A stretch of DNA of 64,000 nucleotides. It comes from a virus. The stretch lies in the IMG/VR virus record IMGVR_UViG_3300032050_000010. One strand, 5' to 3'. Of the stretch, positions 47,141-56,745 are shown one piece after another (position 1 is the stretch's first letter; each line of letters starts with the position of its first letter). Made by a program: the position numbers and the translations under genes. The notes below the pieces were generated by a model that was given only the letters and a program-made list of their open reading frames with translations, had not been told where the DNA came from and ran no database searches.

Positions 47141-50100
47141 ATGAAGACGAAAGTTACCCTATCTGAGCAGCAATTAAGATCGCTGATACGTGATGTGTTA
47201 ATTGAAGCACCCGTTCCTGAGGGTGCTGGAGATGATTTTAATTCTCTAGTTACTCCAGCAGTCAGAGATCAGCTTGAAACTACGATCCAATATCTTGGGA
47301 AATTCATAGATCCCACGGGCGTTGCGGGAAGCACTAGGTTCAAAGCAAAACTGTGGGTGCACATCATGAATTCGCCGCCTCACATTTGCAAGTCAGGCAA
47401 TACGGAGATGGAAGGAGGCATAAAGTTTATAGGCTATCAAGTTCCTGAAGCTGCTTCAAATGATTTAGGTCCCGATGCACTTCTCATTAATTTGGTCAAT
47501 TTTATCGCGTGCGCCTTCGCGCAGGGTAAAGAAGTTTCTATTAACACGTTTAGTGGTCCAAAGAAACTAAAACCTAACTGCTCTCTGTATTCACTTGCAA
47601 TTGGTGATAGTGCTTACATTGGATCAATGGATCCAGGACAGGTAGAGATCTACAGAGATCCCGCGATTAATTTCACAGTACATGATGTTAAAACTCCAGC
47701 GGGTCAATCAGAATACATCAAAAATGTTGTCGCAAAGCCAGATGTTCTTAGTAAGATCATTCCTGAAATCAAGATGATAGAGGGTGCCGGTGGTAAACCA
47801 ATCCCTAAGCTAGATTATGCTAATGAAGATGCAAAGAAAAAGCTAGGTGATCTTATCAAGCAACAACTTGAAGGTGTTCAAGCAAGACTCCGCGAGCAGA
47901 TCAATAAATTCAACACACCGCAGATGCAATACTATCTCTACGAGCCACTTCTGCGGCCAACTGCATGGATGTCTAATCCTGATTTATCTGAGCCCACATC
48001 ATCACCGTGGTGGGCGGCATGGGAAGCGTGCAACATTTTTGCTAGGACAGTTGATACCTATAAAGACCCAGTGAGCCAGAATGCAGCATGCGCTGCAATG
48101 GTGTTAAACATGGCCAATCAGGCAAAGAAGGGTGTTGCGTTTAGAGCAACAGATAGAGGTTGGTCATCAGAGGCACGCGGTGGAAGTTATCAGACACTTC
48201 TTGAATCGCTATCGGGTAATGAATTACGTGTCTTCTTAACTGAGGCACAATTAAAGAGATTAATACACTCGGCACTGTCTTTATCAAGACTAGATGAAGT
48301 AACACCGCCGCCGTCCTGGTCGTCGGCACTAGATATTGCTGAGAAAATTCCTGGTGTTGGGGGTTTAGTAAAAGCTGCTAGATCGATTGGATCACTTGGC
48401 GGTGATGCAGAACAAGCAACGGGCGCAGCAGGAGCAGCCGCAAGAGACACAGAAGCGATTAGAGCGCTTGCAGGTGCAGTAAAGACTAAGACAGCTGCAG
48501 CAGGACTTGATACAGCGCTGGTAGGTGCATCAAGAGTTGTCAAAGCAATTAATCCAAGTGAAGCAGATCAAAGAATTGCTGCACTAACGACACGGCTCGT
48601 ACAGCAAACTTATGACACTCTATTCAGAACCACTGATGCTATGGACGTTTTTATTGATAATTTAGCAAATAGCGTTGGTGACCAGGTTGGAAGACTCGCT
48701 GCAAGTCGAAATTTTAATCAGACTCAAGTTGATGCTGTTGTTAATTTCTGTGTCGAGTCTGTCAAGTTCACCCTAAGAGAGACCTTAGCAGGAAATGCCG
48801 ATGCTGCGGGTCTAGATGCTGCAAGAAATGCATTGATTGCGGCAGATCCTCAAGACCTTTTAGGTACATTCCTGACAAGTCCATCAACTACACCCATGGT
48901 TAAAGAAGCTGTAAAAGGGCAAATTATAGAAGTTTCTGACAGTATCCTTAAAGATCCAAGCTTCGCACCTGTTTCAACATTTGCAAAATCAACAGTCATC
49001 GACACTCTCAACGGTCAACTTGATGATGTGGGTCTAAAACTTTCTCCCGATGGAACAAAAATTACATTTCCAAGAAGCAATTCGCCAACCACAGAATATG
49101 CTGTTCTAGATATAAGAAGAACACTTGAGAAATATGAAAGTCAACTAGCACAAGCTGCATCATCCGGCGCTCCGCCAATATTTACGACTGATACTGTAAA
49201 GCTGCGGTCTTTTCTTGATTCAACATTTAAGAGATCTGATGCCGACGGAATTGCTAAGTTTAGAGAAATTCTAGACGGTATTGATGAAACTGTAGGTGCA
49301 CAGCCTGCCAAGAAAATAACGACTGATTTACTGGAGACTGTAAGCGGTGGGGTTGTTGATCTTTTAGAGATAACTTTGTATCCTACGTTGACAAGTCAGG
49401 CAACGAAGGCAGCTAGACAAGTCCCAGGTGCAACAGGTGCAGCAAAGGCATCTAGGTATGCGGACTTAATATTGGGCGGAGGAACGTCATCGACAGCGTC
49501 TTGGCTTCAATCAAAAATGGTGATTCAAGATATTCTCGGCACATGGCGCCGCGGCGGCGTCCTCTCAAAAGGATCAGCTGTACTTAAAGTTGCCTCTGTT
49601 GCGCTCTTCACAGCGCCTAAGACTAGAGCCGATATTGGACGTGGAATTTTGACAGGATCAGGTTGGATACTTACAAAATTAGGAGCGTCTAGCTTCGGTC
49701 CCAAGCTTATGAGAGCAGGCCGTCTTAACAAATACCTCATACCTAGGATTGTCGGAGATGGCGCCATTTTTTTGCTCTTTTCTCCGCTTGTTGCCGATAA
49801 AGTTATGCAAAACGATCCTCTAGCAAGAGCTTTATATGCAGATTTATTTGAGAGAGGCGGCTATACAGAATTTGGCGGTCTTGCTAGAATGGCATTTGAT
49901 GTGATCAATGAGTTAGGAAGATCTCTAGATGTTGATCAAGAATTAAAAGATTACTTGAAGTTTGTTGCGGACGGGCAGGCACCCGAAACAATGCGTTTAG
50001 GTTTTCGAAATTTATTAGCGACACAGCTGGGCACACTTTCTGATACACAGCTTGAACAGATGTTTGAAATTATAGAACCTGATGCAAATCTTAGTAGATT

Positions 50101-50818
50101 AGGACCTACAGCTGAGTTTATAACACAACAAACTGACAAATTAGGCGGCGATTTTGGTGATGCACTAAAAGGCTTAGCAGACTTAACCTTTGATCAATCA
50201 CAAGAAGACATATCAGGCTTAATTGTAGACGTTGAAAACTTAAAGCAGGAAGCTGCACAACTTGCTGCTGAGATCAGTAGATTTGGTCAATCGGCGCAAA
50301 ACAATAAGACATTGACAGCACTTAAGCAAAGTAGAGTGCAAGTTATCAGTCAAGTTCTTCGTCTGCTTGACAACATGATGCCAAGTGGGACATCAATACC
50401 GCTCGTTGATGCGAGCTCAGCAGTCTCGCAAATTGCAAAATATGAAGATGCACTGACAAAAGATTATAGAAGAGAGCTTGCGGCAGGACCCACGTCAGGA
50501 CTATTTAATTGGGCTGATCGTGTTAATCCCGATAATCTATTTTACTTAGCTGTTACTGCAGGAAGTCCCGTTATACCCGACGTCGAAGATCCTGCTATTA
50601 TGAGTCAGCTTGGTGCTTCAGCCCTATACAATGGGCCTGGTCGTTATCAAGACCCGGGTGAGCTTGCTGACCTCCCACAAGACTTGCAAGTTGATATCGG
50701 AACACTGACTCAAAAAATGACAGAGCTCTTTGCAGATGTCTATAAGATTAACATGGCTGTTAATCCACCACCTCCACCAGAGAGCGGAACAGAGGCAAAA
50801 GGTGAACAAAATCCCTAG
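47141..50818 (+). CDS. very large putative internal/ejected virion protein
   Basis: 1225 aa; LSEQQLRSLIRDVLIE at the N-terminus and a second copy internally; AT-richer codon usage. Confidence 0.7.
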   Translation: MKTKVTLSEQQLRSLIRDVLIEAPVPEGAGDDFNSLVTPAVRDQLETTIQYLGKFIDPTGVAGSTRFKAKLWVHIMNSPPHICKSGNTEMEGGIKFIGYQVPEAASNDLGPDALLINLVNFIACAFAQGKEVSINTFSGPKKLKPNCSLYSLAIGDSAYIGSMDPGQVEIYRDPAINFTVHDVKTPAGQSEYIKNVVAKPDVLSKIIPEIKMIEGAGGKPIPKLDYANEDAKKKLGDLIKQQLEGVQARLREQINKFNTPQMQYYLYEPLLRPTAWMSNPDLSEPTSSPWWAAWEACNIFARTVDTYKDPVSQNAACAAMVLNMANQAKKGVAFRATDRGWSSEARGGSYQTLLESLSGNELRVFLTEAQLKRLIHSALSLSRLDEVTPPPSWSSALDIAEKIPGVGGLVKAARSIGSLGGDAEQATGAAGAAARDTEAIRALAGAVKTKTAAAGLDTALVGASRVVKAINPSEADQRIAALTTRLVQQTYDTLFRTTDAMDVFIDNLANSVGDQVGRLAASRNFNQTQVDAVVNFCVESVKFTLRETLAGNADAAGLDAARNALIAADPQDLLGTFLTSPSTTPMVKEAVKGQIIEVSDSILKDPSFAPVSTFAKSTVIDTLNGQLDDVGLKLSPDGTKITFPRSNSPTTEYAVLDIRRTLEKYESQLAQAASSGAPPIFTTDTVKLRSFLDSTFKRSDADGIAKFREILDGIDETVGAQPAKKITTDLLETVSGGVVDLLEITLYPTLTSQATKAARQVPGATGAAKASRYADLILGGGTSSTASWLQSKMVIQDILGTWRRGGVLSKGSAVLKVASVALFTAPKTRADIGRGILTGSGWILTKLGASSFGPKLMRAGRLNKYLIPRIVGDGAIFLLFSPLVADKVMQNDPLARALYADLFERGGYTEFGGLARMAFDVINELGRSLDVDQELKDYLKFVADGQAPETMRLGFRNLLATQLGTLSDTQLEQMFEIIEPDANLSRLGPTAEFITQQTDKLGGDFGDALKGLADLTFDQSQEDISGLIVDVENLKQEAAQLAAEISRFGQSAQNNKTLTALKQSRVQVISQVLRLLDNMMPSGTSIPLVDASSAVSQIAKYEDALTKDYRRELAAGPTSGLFNWADRVNPDNLFYLAVTAGSPVIPDVEDPAIMSQLGASALYNGPGRYQDPGELADLPQDLQVDIGTLTQKMTELFADVYKINMAVNPPPPPESGTEAKGEQNP

Positions 50819-51099
50819 TGACACGGTACCACGTCTACATCGTCACTTGCGCTGATGGGTCGCTCTACACCGGCATCACAACCGACGTGGAGCGACGTCT
50901 CCATGAGCACAACTGCACATCCCGAGGTGCAAAATACACTCGATCTCGCCGCCCTGTGACGCTCGCCGTGTCCTGGTCAGTTGCAGATCGATCGGCTGCT
51001 CTGCGTGAGGAAGCGAGGATCAAGCGGCTGACGAGAAAGCAGAAGTTGGAGCTGATAGATAACCTTATCGAGGAAACTAGAGTTGAGAAAGGTGTATGA
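50818..51099 (+). CDS. GIY-YIG nuclease (UPF0213/Slx1-like)
   Basis: VYIV.C.DGSLYTGITTD..RR..EHN..GAKYTR.R.P, E..IK.L. Confidence 0.9.
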   Translation: MTRYHVYIVTCADGSLYTGITTDVERRLHEHNCTSRGAKYTRSRRPVTLAVSWSVADRSAALREEARIKRLTRKQKLELIDNLIEETRVEKGV

Positions 51100-51409
51100 C
51101 GGCCCGACGCTTCCCATGTGGGCCCATGTTGAAGTTGAGACGTTCTGCGGTGTGAAGATCAAGTGCGAGATCATCGAGGTTCGCCGCATGGCATCGTGTG
51201 TTGCCTACACTGTCAAACCCCGTGAGGATAGAGAGGAAGAGCTCCGTAGAGCAGGAGTTCCCAAAGGAGATTGGCAGACACCATTCACCGCCTTCGACTG
51301 GCAGGTGCGAGCGCAGCAACCTGATTTATCTGTAACCAAACCCGATGCCCAGCAGGCCCGTGTCATCCGGCGAGCACAGCACAAGGGTGCAGGATACATA
51401 TCTACATGA
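51083..51409 (+). CDS. hypothetical protein
   Basis: 108 aa; GAGG RBS, TTG start. Confidence 0.55.
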   Translation: MRKVYDGPTLPMWAHVEVETFCGVKIKCEIIEVRRMASCVAYTVKPREDREEELRRAGVPKGDWQTPFTAFDWQVRAQQPDLSVTKPDAQQARVIRRAQHKGAGYIST

Positions 51410-51945
51410 TGCACGACACACCACGTATGACAGGCCAGGGCTTCGTCGTCATGGACATCTACGGTCCAGAGACAGACGGCAAGCTCTACAACTACATGTT
51501 CTCGCAGATCTGCTACATGAGAGCGATCCACCTCTGGTTCCACGGCGCGCACCACGTCACCCGCGGTGCCTCTTTCTCAGGTGACCACTCCTTCCTGTAC
51601 GACAAGATCTACACAGGTGTGGATGAAGCGATCGACGGTGTGATCGAGAAGGCCATTGGCCTCTGCGGTGCAGACATCGCATGCCCAAGCCACATCGCGA
51701 CTGGCGCTGCGCAGGTGATCTGCGCGTACCCATCTCCCAACAAGCTGAACTCTGCTGGCATCGCCGCCGCAGGGATGGCGATCATCAAGGACTTCATCGA
51801 GTTCCTCGAGTGCATGAAGAGTGAGCTGGATGAGTGTGGCTCAATGACGCTGGGCCTTGAGGATCAGATCGGAGGCATTGCCAACGACCACGAGGGCTAC
51901 TACTACCTGCTCAAGCAGCGGGCTTGTGACGACCTCACGGGTTGA
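51406..51945 (+). CDS. Dps/ferritin-like protein
   Basis: H..H..TRG.SF..DH..Y...Y.......D...E. Confidence 0.75.
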   Translation: MMHDTPRMTGQGFVVMDIYGPETDGKLYNYMFSQICYMRAIHLWFHGAHHVTRGASFSGDHSFLYDKIYTGVDEAIDGVIEKAIGLCGADIACPSHIATGAAQVICAYPSPNKLNSAGIAAAGMAIIKDFIEFLECMKSELDECGSMTLGLEDQIGGIANDHEGYYYLLKQRACDDLTG

Positions 51946-51980
51946 TGTAAACATAGATGGGTGCTTTGTATGATGCTTCT

Positions 51981-52457
51981 ATGAAGCACATCTATAAAGA
52001 TCCCTATGATCTTATCAAGCAACAGGACGTAAAGGGCTGCGTGGTCACTAGCGGTGGATTTGATCCGATGCATGTGGGTCACCTTCGCTGCCTGCAGGAG
52101 AGCGCAATCATCGCATCAGCCCACAAGCTCCCGCTTGTCGTGATCGTCAACGGTGACGGATTTCTCCAGCGCAAGAAGGGTTTTGCGTTCATGCCCCACG
52201 AGGAGCGGATGGAGATCATTGCTGGTGTCCGTGGCGTCGACTACGTTGTCGGCTGGGATGACGGCAGTCAGACTGTGACCGGCGCGCTGGGCGTCCTCCA
52301 CCCACTGATCTTCACCAAGGGCGGTGATCGAGACAGCGCACAGAACGTGCCTGAGTTCATCCTGTGTCAGGAGATCGGCTGCCACGTCTACTTCGGCATC
52401 GGTGGCGGCAAGATCCAGTCATCATCTGACCTTGTCAAAGCTGTTAGGGGAGGTTGA
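51981..52457 (+). CDS. HIGH-family nucleotidyltransferase (cytidylyltransferase-like)
   Basis: SGGFDPMHVGH, VIVN.D..L.RKKG, ERMEI, KGGDR, KIQSSS. Confidence 0.88.
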   Translation: MKHIYKDPYDLIKQQDVKGCVVTSGGFDPMHVGHLRCLQESAIIASAHKLPLVVIVNGDGFLQRKKGFAFMPHEERMEIIAGVRGVDYVVGWDDGSQTVTGALGVLHPLIFTKGGDRDSAQNVPEFILCQEIGCHVYFGIGGGKIQSSSDLVKAVRGG

Positions 52458-52458
52458 G

Positions 52459-52800
52459 ATGCGTCTTGTGAAGAAGCCCTGGGGTCACGAGGAGATTTGG
52501 GCGGAGACAGACAAGTATTGTGGCAAGGTTCTATACATCCAGGCAGGACACAGGCTAAGCCTGCAGTACCACGAGAAGAAGATGGAGACAATCCGTGTCA
52601 TGCAGGGGACGCTGCATCTCACGCTCCAGGAGAAGAACGGCATCATCTTTGACAAGAAGCTGCAGGCTGGTGAGTCGTTTCACGTTGCGCCGCTGACTGT
52701 CCATCGTTTCGGTGCAGGTGAGCACGACGTTGTGATCGTTGAGGTATCCACAACAGAACTTGATGATGTCGTCAGGCTCCAAGATGACTACGCACGGTGA
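52459..52800 (+). CDS. cupin, mannose-6-phosphate isomerase type II-like
   Basis: KPWG.E, LSLQYH..K.ET, P...HR, EVST...DDVVRL.DDY.R. Confidence 0.8.
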   Translation: MRLVKKPWGHEEIWAETDKYCGKVLYIQAGHRLSLQYHEKKMETIRVMQGTLHLTLQEKNGIIFDKKLQAGESFHVAPLTVHRFGAGEHDVVIVEVSTTELDDVVRLQDDYAR

Positions 52801-52849
52801 TACTTTCTTAGCATAGCACGTATGATGCTAATATGAAGGAAGGTATCTC

Positions 52850-53428
52850 ATGGCTAAGAAGAGTAGGGTGCAGACTGCACCGGAGGTGTCTGCAGGCGTA
52901 GTCATCTTACGTAACGACGATAAGAAGGGTTGGTGCTTCTTGGCATTGAAGGTGTACGGCAGATTTGATGTCTGCAAGGGGCACGTTGACATGCAGGATG
53001 CAGATGTTGTCAGCCCGGCAGGATCGATTGGGCAGATCATGAACACAGCTGTTCGTGAAGCACGTGAGGAGTGTGGTTATACACTCACTTTTGATCCGGG
53101 GGCACCGCTATCGTCAGATGAGCGCATTGCTAGAATGTCCTGGGGAAATGAGCACTATGTGTGCAGGAACTTCAACAAGGACGGATCTCCAAAGAAGGAC
53201 GTCTTCCTTTTTGCTGCCGAGACGCAGTGCGCCAACTTTAAGATTGGCGTCAACGACAAGGGAATTCGAGAGCACGACGACGGTGTCTGGGTTCCCATCA
53301 GTGACATCGATCGCGTTCCACTACACAACTACTTGAAGCCCGGTGTCAGGTGGGCGGTGGAGACGATGCAGATTGGCCTAAAATCGCAAGCTTTGCTAGA
53401 GCGTCTGCAGGAGCTCTCGGAGGATTAA
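52850..53428 (+). CDS. NUDIX hydrolase (Ap4A hydrolase-like)
   Basis: SAGVV, KGHVD..(insertion)..TAVREAREECG, EH...W. Confidence 0.8.
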   Translation: MAKKSRVQTAPEVSAGVVILRNDDKKGWCFLALKVYGRFDVCKGHVDMQDADVVSPAGSIGQIMNTAVREAREECGYTLTFDPGAPLSSDERIARMSWGNEHYVCRNFNKDGSPKKDVFLFAAETQCANFKIGVNDKGIREHDDGVWVPISDIDRVPLHNYLKPGVRWAVETMQIGLKSQALLERLQELSED

Positions 53429-54199
53429 TTGGCCCGTGGCAAGTACAGATCCCTGGTCAGACGTGTGTCCAGGGACATCATGCACACTATCCTTGACAAT
53501 GCAGATACGAGACGGTTTAAGACAACTCTGCCGGCACCAGGTTACTACTACCTTTGGGATGCTCGGTGTTACAATAGCACCCGCGTTAAGACAGCAGTCG
53601 GTTTCGACGTCTCGCTGAAAGTAGTGAGAACACGCGGACGTCGCTATGATGTCTTCGCATCTGTCCACTCGGATGACAACGGTAACAGTCACATCGAAGT
53701 TGCAATCCACCACGATCCTACGCGGAAGGCGCATCTATCTGATCTCTATCCAGAGTTGTGTGGGAGCATCAGGCATGAGCTGGAGCACATAGCTGACGAG
53801 GGCGGGCTCGCGGGTCGGGCGCCTAAGCAGAGATCATTCGTTCCCCACACACCGAGCAGCGGTAAGATCGTCCACACGATCAACAAGCGGGCCAAGTTGT
53901 TCAGCTGCGACTATAGATCTCTGGATGAGTGGGGTCGTGAGGAAGCAGATCGGCTTGCGAGGTCGATCAATGGAGATCTATTCAGTTATCTAACATGCTA
54001 TGAAGAGGTGGGCCCAATCACGCAGGGCATCTTCTACGAGGCGAAGAAGCGTCGCTGCACTGTCGATGAAGTGCTCATCCGCTACCTCGACCGACTGCAG
54101 GCTGCTGACATGATCTCAGACGATGAGTACGACGCAGCATACGACCACCTGATCGCATGGACAAAGTTGACCTTGCCGACCGCGCTCACACTCGATTGA
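53429..54199 (+). CDS. hypothetical protein with HExxH motif
   Basis: IRHELEH and a downstream Y.....EE; GGAGG RBS, TTG start. Confidence 0.6.
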   Translation: MARGKYRSLVRRVSRDIMHTILDNADTRRFKTTLPAPGYYYLWDARCYNSTRVKTAVGFDVSLKVVRTRGRRYDVFASVHSDDNGNSHIEVAIHHDPTRKAHLSDLYPELCGSIRHELEHIADEGGLAGRAPKQRSFVPHTPSSGKIVHTINKRAKLFSCDYRSLDEWGREEADRLARSINGDLFSYLTCYEEVGPITQGIFYEAKKRRCTVDEVLIRYLDRLQAADMISDDEYDAAYDHLIAWTKLTLPTALTLD

Positions 54200-54223
54200 C
54201 CTACTTATAGACAGGAGGTGTGC

Positions 54224-54508
54224 ATGCTTTTTAGTTCAGTCAAGATGCGGCAATTTGTCTTTGGTGTCCTGTGTGACACGCTGAACCACCAGCTTGACAC
54301 GCACGCTTCTGCTTGCGTGGCATCATGATGCAAGTGCAGCATGGAAAAGAGCACACTACAGGAGCGTCAATCGCTCTGGGCGTCTGTCTTCGCTGAGAAC
54401 GTACTGATCAGCTACGCGACCTACATCTTCTGCTGCGACTTTGTCACCACACGTCGAGTCACACGCGGTGACTATGAAAAGCTCGGCGATCTAAGCATCG
54501 ATGAGTGA
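54224..54508 (+). pseudogene. small ORF interrupted by an in-frame TGA (or two tiny ORFs)
   Basis: AGGAGGTG RBS, ATG 54224, TGA 54326-54328; the same frame stays open to 54508. Confidence 0.35.
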
Positions 54509-54555
54509 CCCGTGCACCGCAGTGCAGGTCGTGTTATAATGTATTTGAGGTGACG

Positions 54556-54786
54556 ATGAGCTGGAAGCATGAAGGTAGTTTCGCAAGCGGTATCACGATC
54601 TGGACGCTCGAGGAGCAGACGGACAAGTACAGTGAGGTGTCGATCCACACGTTTGGCGGCAATGAGGGATACACACTGACACTCGGAATGCACCAGGCGT
54701 CCCGCTTCAAGACACTAGAGGATGCGCAAGCTTGCGCATCCGCGATCCTCAATGCTCAACCCAAGACGAGAAAGAAGAATGGCTGA
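54556..54786 (+). CDS. hypothetical protein
   Basis: GAGGTG RBS, MSWKHEG; promoter ACCCGTGCAC-17-TATAAT. Confidence 0.65.
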   Translation: MSWKHEGSFASGITIWTLEEQTDKYSEVSIHTFGGNEGYTLTLGMHQASRFKTLEDAQACASAILNAQPKTRKKNG

Positions 54787-55306
54787 GACATGGCTCACAT
54801 CTGACCTGCACCTGTTCCACAGGAACATCATCGTCTACTGCGGGCGCCCACATGCTAACGAGTACGAGATGAACGACGACATCGTCCGTGCATGGAACAG
54901 TGTGGTCGCTGATGATGATCGCGTGATCATGGTCGGCGATCTATCAGCAGGTGTGATGGGACGCTATGACGAGCTACGTGCCCTGATTGGTCGCCTCCGT
55001 GGGAGAAAGACGATGATCCGCGGCAACCACGACCACCAGACAGACGCGTGGTATAAGTCAGCAGGTTTTGCTGAGGTGCACGATTGGCTCATCATTGGTG
55101 ACAAGCTGTTCATCCACAAGCCCGCGACGAGTATGAGCCCTGACGTGATCAGCCTCATCGAGCAAGTGCGCCCACAGCTTGTCGTGCACGGTCACATCCA
55201 TGACGACCGGCCCAACATCCCGGGCCACTTCAACGTCGCCTGGGATCGTCACAAGCGCCTCATCAAGATGTCAGAGATTGATACACTGGGTGCACACGTT
55301 GTATAG
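54779..55306 (+). CDS. calcineurin-like metallophosphoesterase
   Basis: SDLH..H, GD, RGNHD, H.P, HGHIH. Confidence 0.9.
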   Translation: MAETWLTSDLHLFHRNIIVYCGRPHANEYEMNDDIVRAWNSVVADDDRVIMVGDLSAGVMGRYDELRALIGRLRGRKTMIRGNHDHQTDAWYKSAGFAEVHDWLIIGDKLFIHKPATSMSPDVISLIEQVRPQLVVHGHIHDDRPNIPGHFNVAWDRHKRLIKMSEIDTLGAHVV

Positions 55307-55312
55307 TTTGTT

Positions 55313-55543
55313 GTGACAGGGCAGAAGAAGAGAACAGGGCGAAGACGACTTGCTGTGGGTGATCTTGTTGAACACATCAATAAGCAGCATCCAGATCATG
55401 GTAAGATCGGCATGGTTACCCGAGTCACTGACCAGACACAGATGATGAGAATAGCTTTTGTGATGGTTGAAGGCACAGAGCGTGTCTGGTTCATGGGTGA
55501 CTTTGTGAAACTGAAGGGAGGCGAAGATGATGAAGCCGTCTGA
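55313..55543 (+). CDS. small SH3/KOW-like protein
   Basis: LAVGDLVEH...GKIGMV. Confidence 0.6.
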   Translation: MTGQKKRTGRRRLAVGDLVEHINKQHPDHGKIGMVTRVTDQTQMMRIAFVMVEGTERVWFMGDFVKLKGGEDDEAV

Positions 55544-56045
55544 GATGGAAGAGAAGTTCCTTGAGTTCACTACACCACGCCTCGTCCTGGCGATCAAGGA
55601 TCACGGCTATGCGCCTCGTTTCACATTTAAACCGGGACGAGAGTGGCACAGGATCCTGCACCAGACAGGCGGAATAGGGTGTCACCATGCCCGGATGTGG
55701 TGCACTTTCTTGACACCAAAGCCCAACGTCATTCCAGTACTCAGCGAGATCAATGAAACCTGGCTTGACTCAAATGCAGGTGTCTTAAACGTTCGTCTCG
55801 ACGAGGTGATCAAGTATCGCACCCTAATCAATGAGAAGTTGGGCGCTGACTGCAATGTGAGCTACCCTGACTTTGAAGAAGCGATCTATCCGCTTGACTG
55901 CACCGTGGAGACGATCCGTGCACTGTGTGAGGATGATCTACCTGACGACCTTAACGATCTACTACACTTTGATAATAATTTCAGCATCGTGTTAGGATTA
56001 GCTAATCGATGGAACTTGTACATTCTTGGAGAGAATTGTGACTAA
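55527..56045 (+). CDS. hypothetical protein
   Basis: GGAGG RBS; HQTGG..C motif. Confidence 0.65.
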   Translation: MMKPSEMEEKFLEFTTPRLVLAIKDHGYAPRFTFKPGREWHRILHQTGGIGCHHARMWCTFLTPKPNVIPVLSEINETWLDSNAGVLNVRLDEVIKYRTLINEKLGADCNVSYPDFEEAIYPLDCTVETIRALCEDDLPDDLNDLLHFDNNFSIVLGLANRWNLYILGENCD

Positions 56046-56559
56046 GAGAATTGAAGATCAGCCTGCACCCACAGGTGATGGAACACCTGTCTGGGATCTT
56101 GTCGTCTCTGATATGAAGGAGAGAGACAACTTGGGTAGGCAGCGTTATGGCACGCCGCTTCGAACCTGGAACGGTCGTGATGCGCTTGTCGATGCCTACC
56201 AGGAGATCCTCGACCTTGCTGTCTACGTCCGCCAGGAGATTGAGGAGCGGCGGTCGATCCAGCAGATCTGCGAGCACGTGGCTCTCATTCCAGGCGCTGA
56301 AGATTGCACATCCCAGAATGTCATAGAGACGCTGGGAGAGATTGAAGAACGTGTCCACATGCTTGAAGCATCCAACAAGGATCTGAGGAAGCGCCTGACA
56401 GCACTGCAGAACGAGTCGTCCTACGACGCAGGATTTAGGCGTGGATGCCAGGCGACATTGGAGCTAGTGGAGCGAGTGCAAGGAAAGCACGTCAGCAACG
56501 AGCTACTTGAGAGCGCGATGAACCTACGGAGCAACCACAGTGGACGCTCGGAAGGATGA
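56026..56559 (+). CDS. MazG-like helical domain plus coiled coil
   Basis: G.QRYGT.L...NGRDAL.DAYQE.LD.AVY; true start may be GTG 56038. Confidence 0.55.
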   Translation: MERIVTKRIEDQPAPTGDGTPVWDLVVSDMKERDNLGRQRYGTPLRTWNGRDALVDAYQEILDLAVYVRQEIEERRSIQQICEHVALIPGAEDCTSQNVIETLGEIEERVHMLEASNKDLRKRLTALQNESSYDAGFRRGCQATLELVERVQGKHVSNELLESAMNLRSNHSGRSEG

Positions 56560-56734
56560 GATCCGCGAGGGTGATCTTGTCCGTGTCTGGGAGACGCGAG
56601 AGGGTGTCGTTGTGGGCCGTTATGGCGACGGATACTACGAGGTTCTCGTAAAGCTGCCCCAGGGAAGGTCACTCGTTAGGGCATGTCGGGAGCAGGATCT
56701 CTCTCTTGTGCAGCATCCTGCTGTAAATGAGTGA
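56540..56734 (+). CDS. small SH3/KOW-like protein
   Basis: IREGDLVRV...GVVV...YEVL. Confidence 0.55.
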   Translation: MDARKDEIREGDLVRVWETREGVVVGRYGDGYYEVLVKLPQGRSLVRACREQDLSLVQHPAVNE

Positions 56735-56745
56735 TAGTTATCTGC

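Noticed and set aside
50818-51099. GIY-YIG as a homing endonuclease or mobile element
   Set aside because: Only the 93-aa stand-alone UPF0213-type domain is present, with no DNA-binding tail or interrupted host gene.
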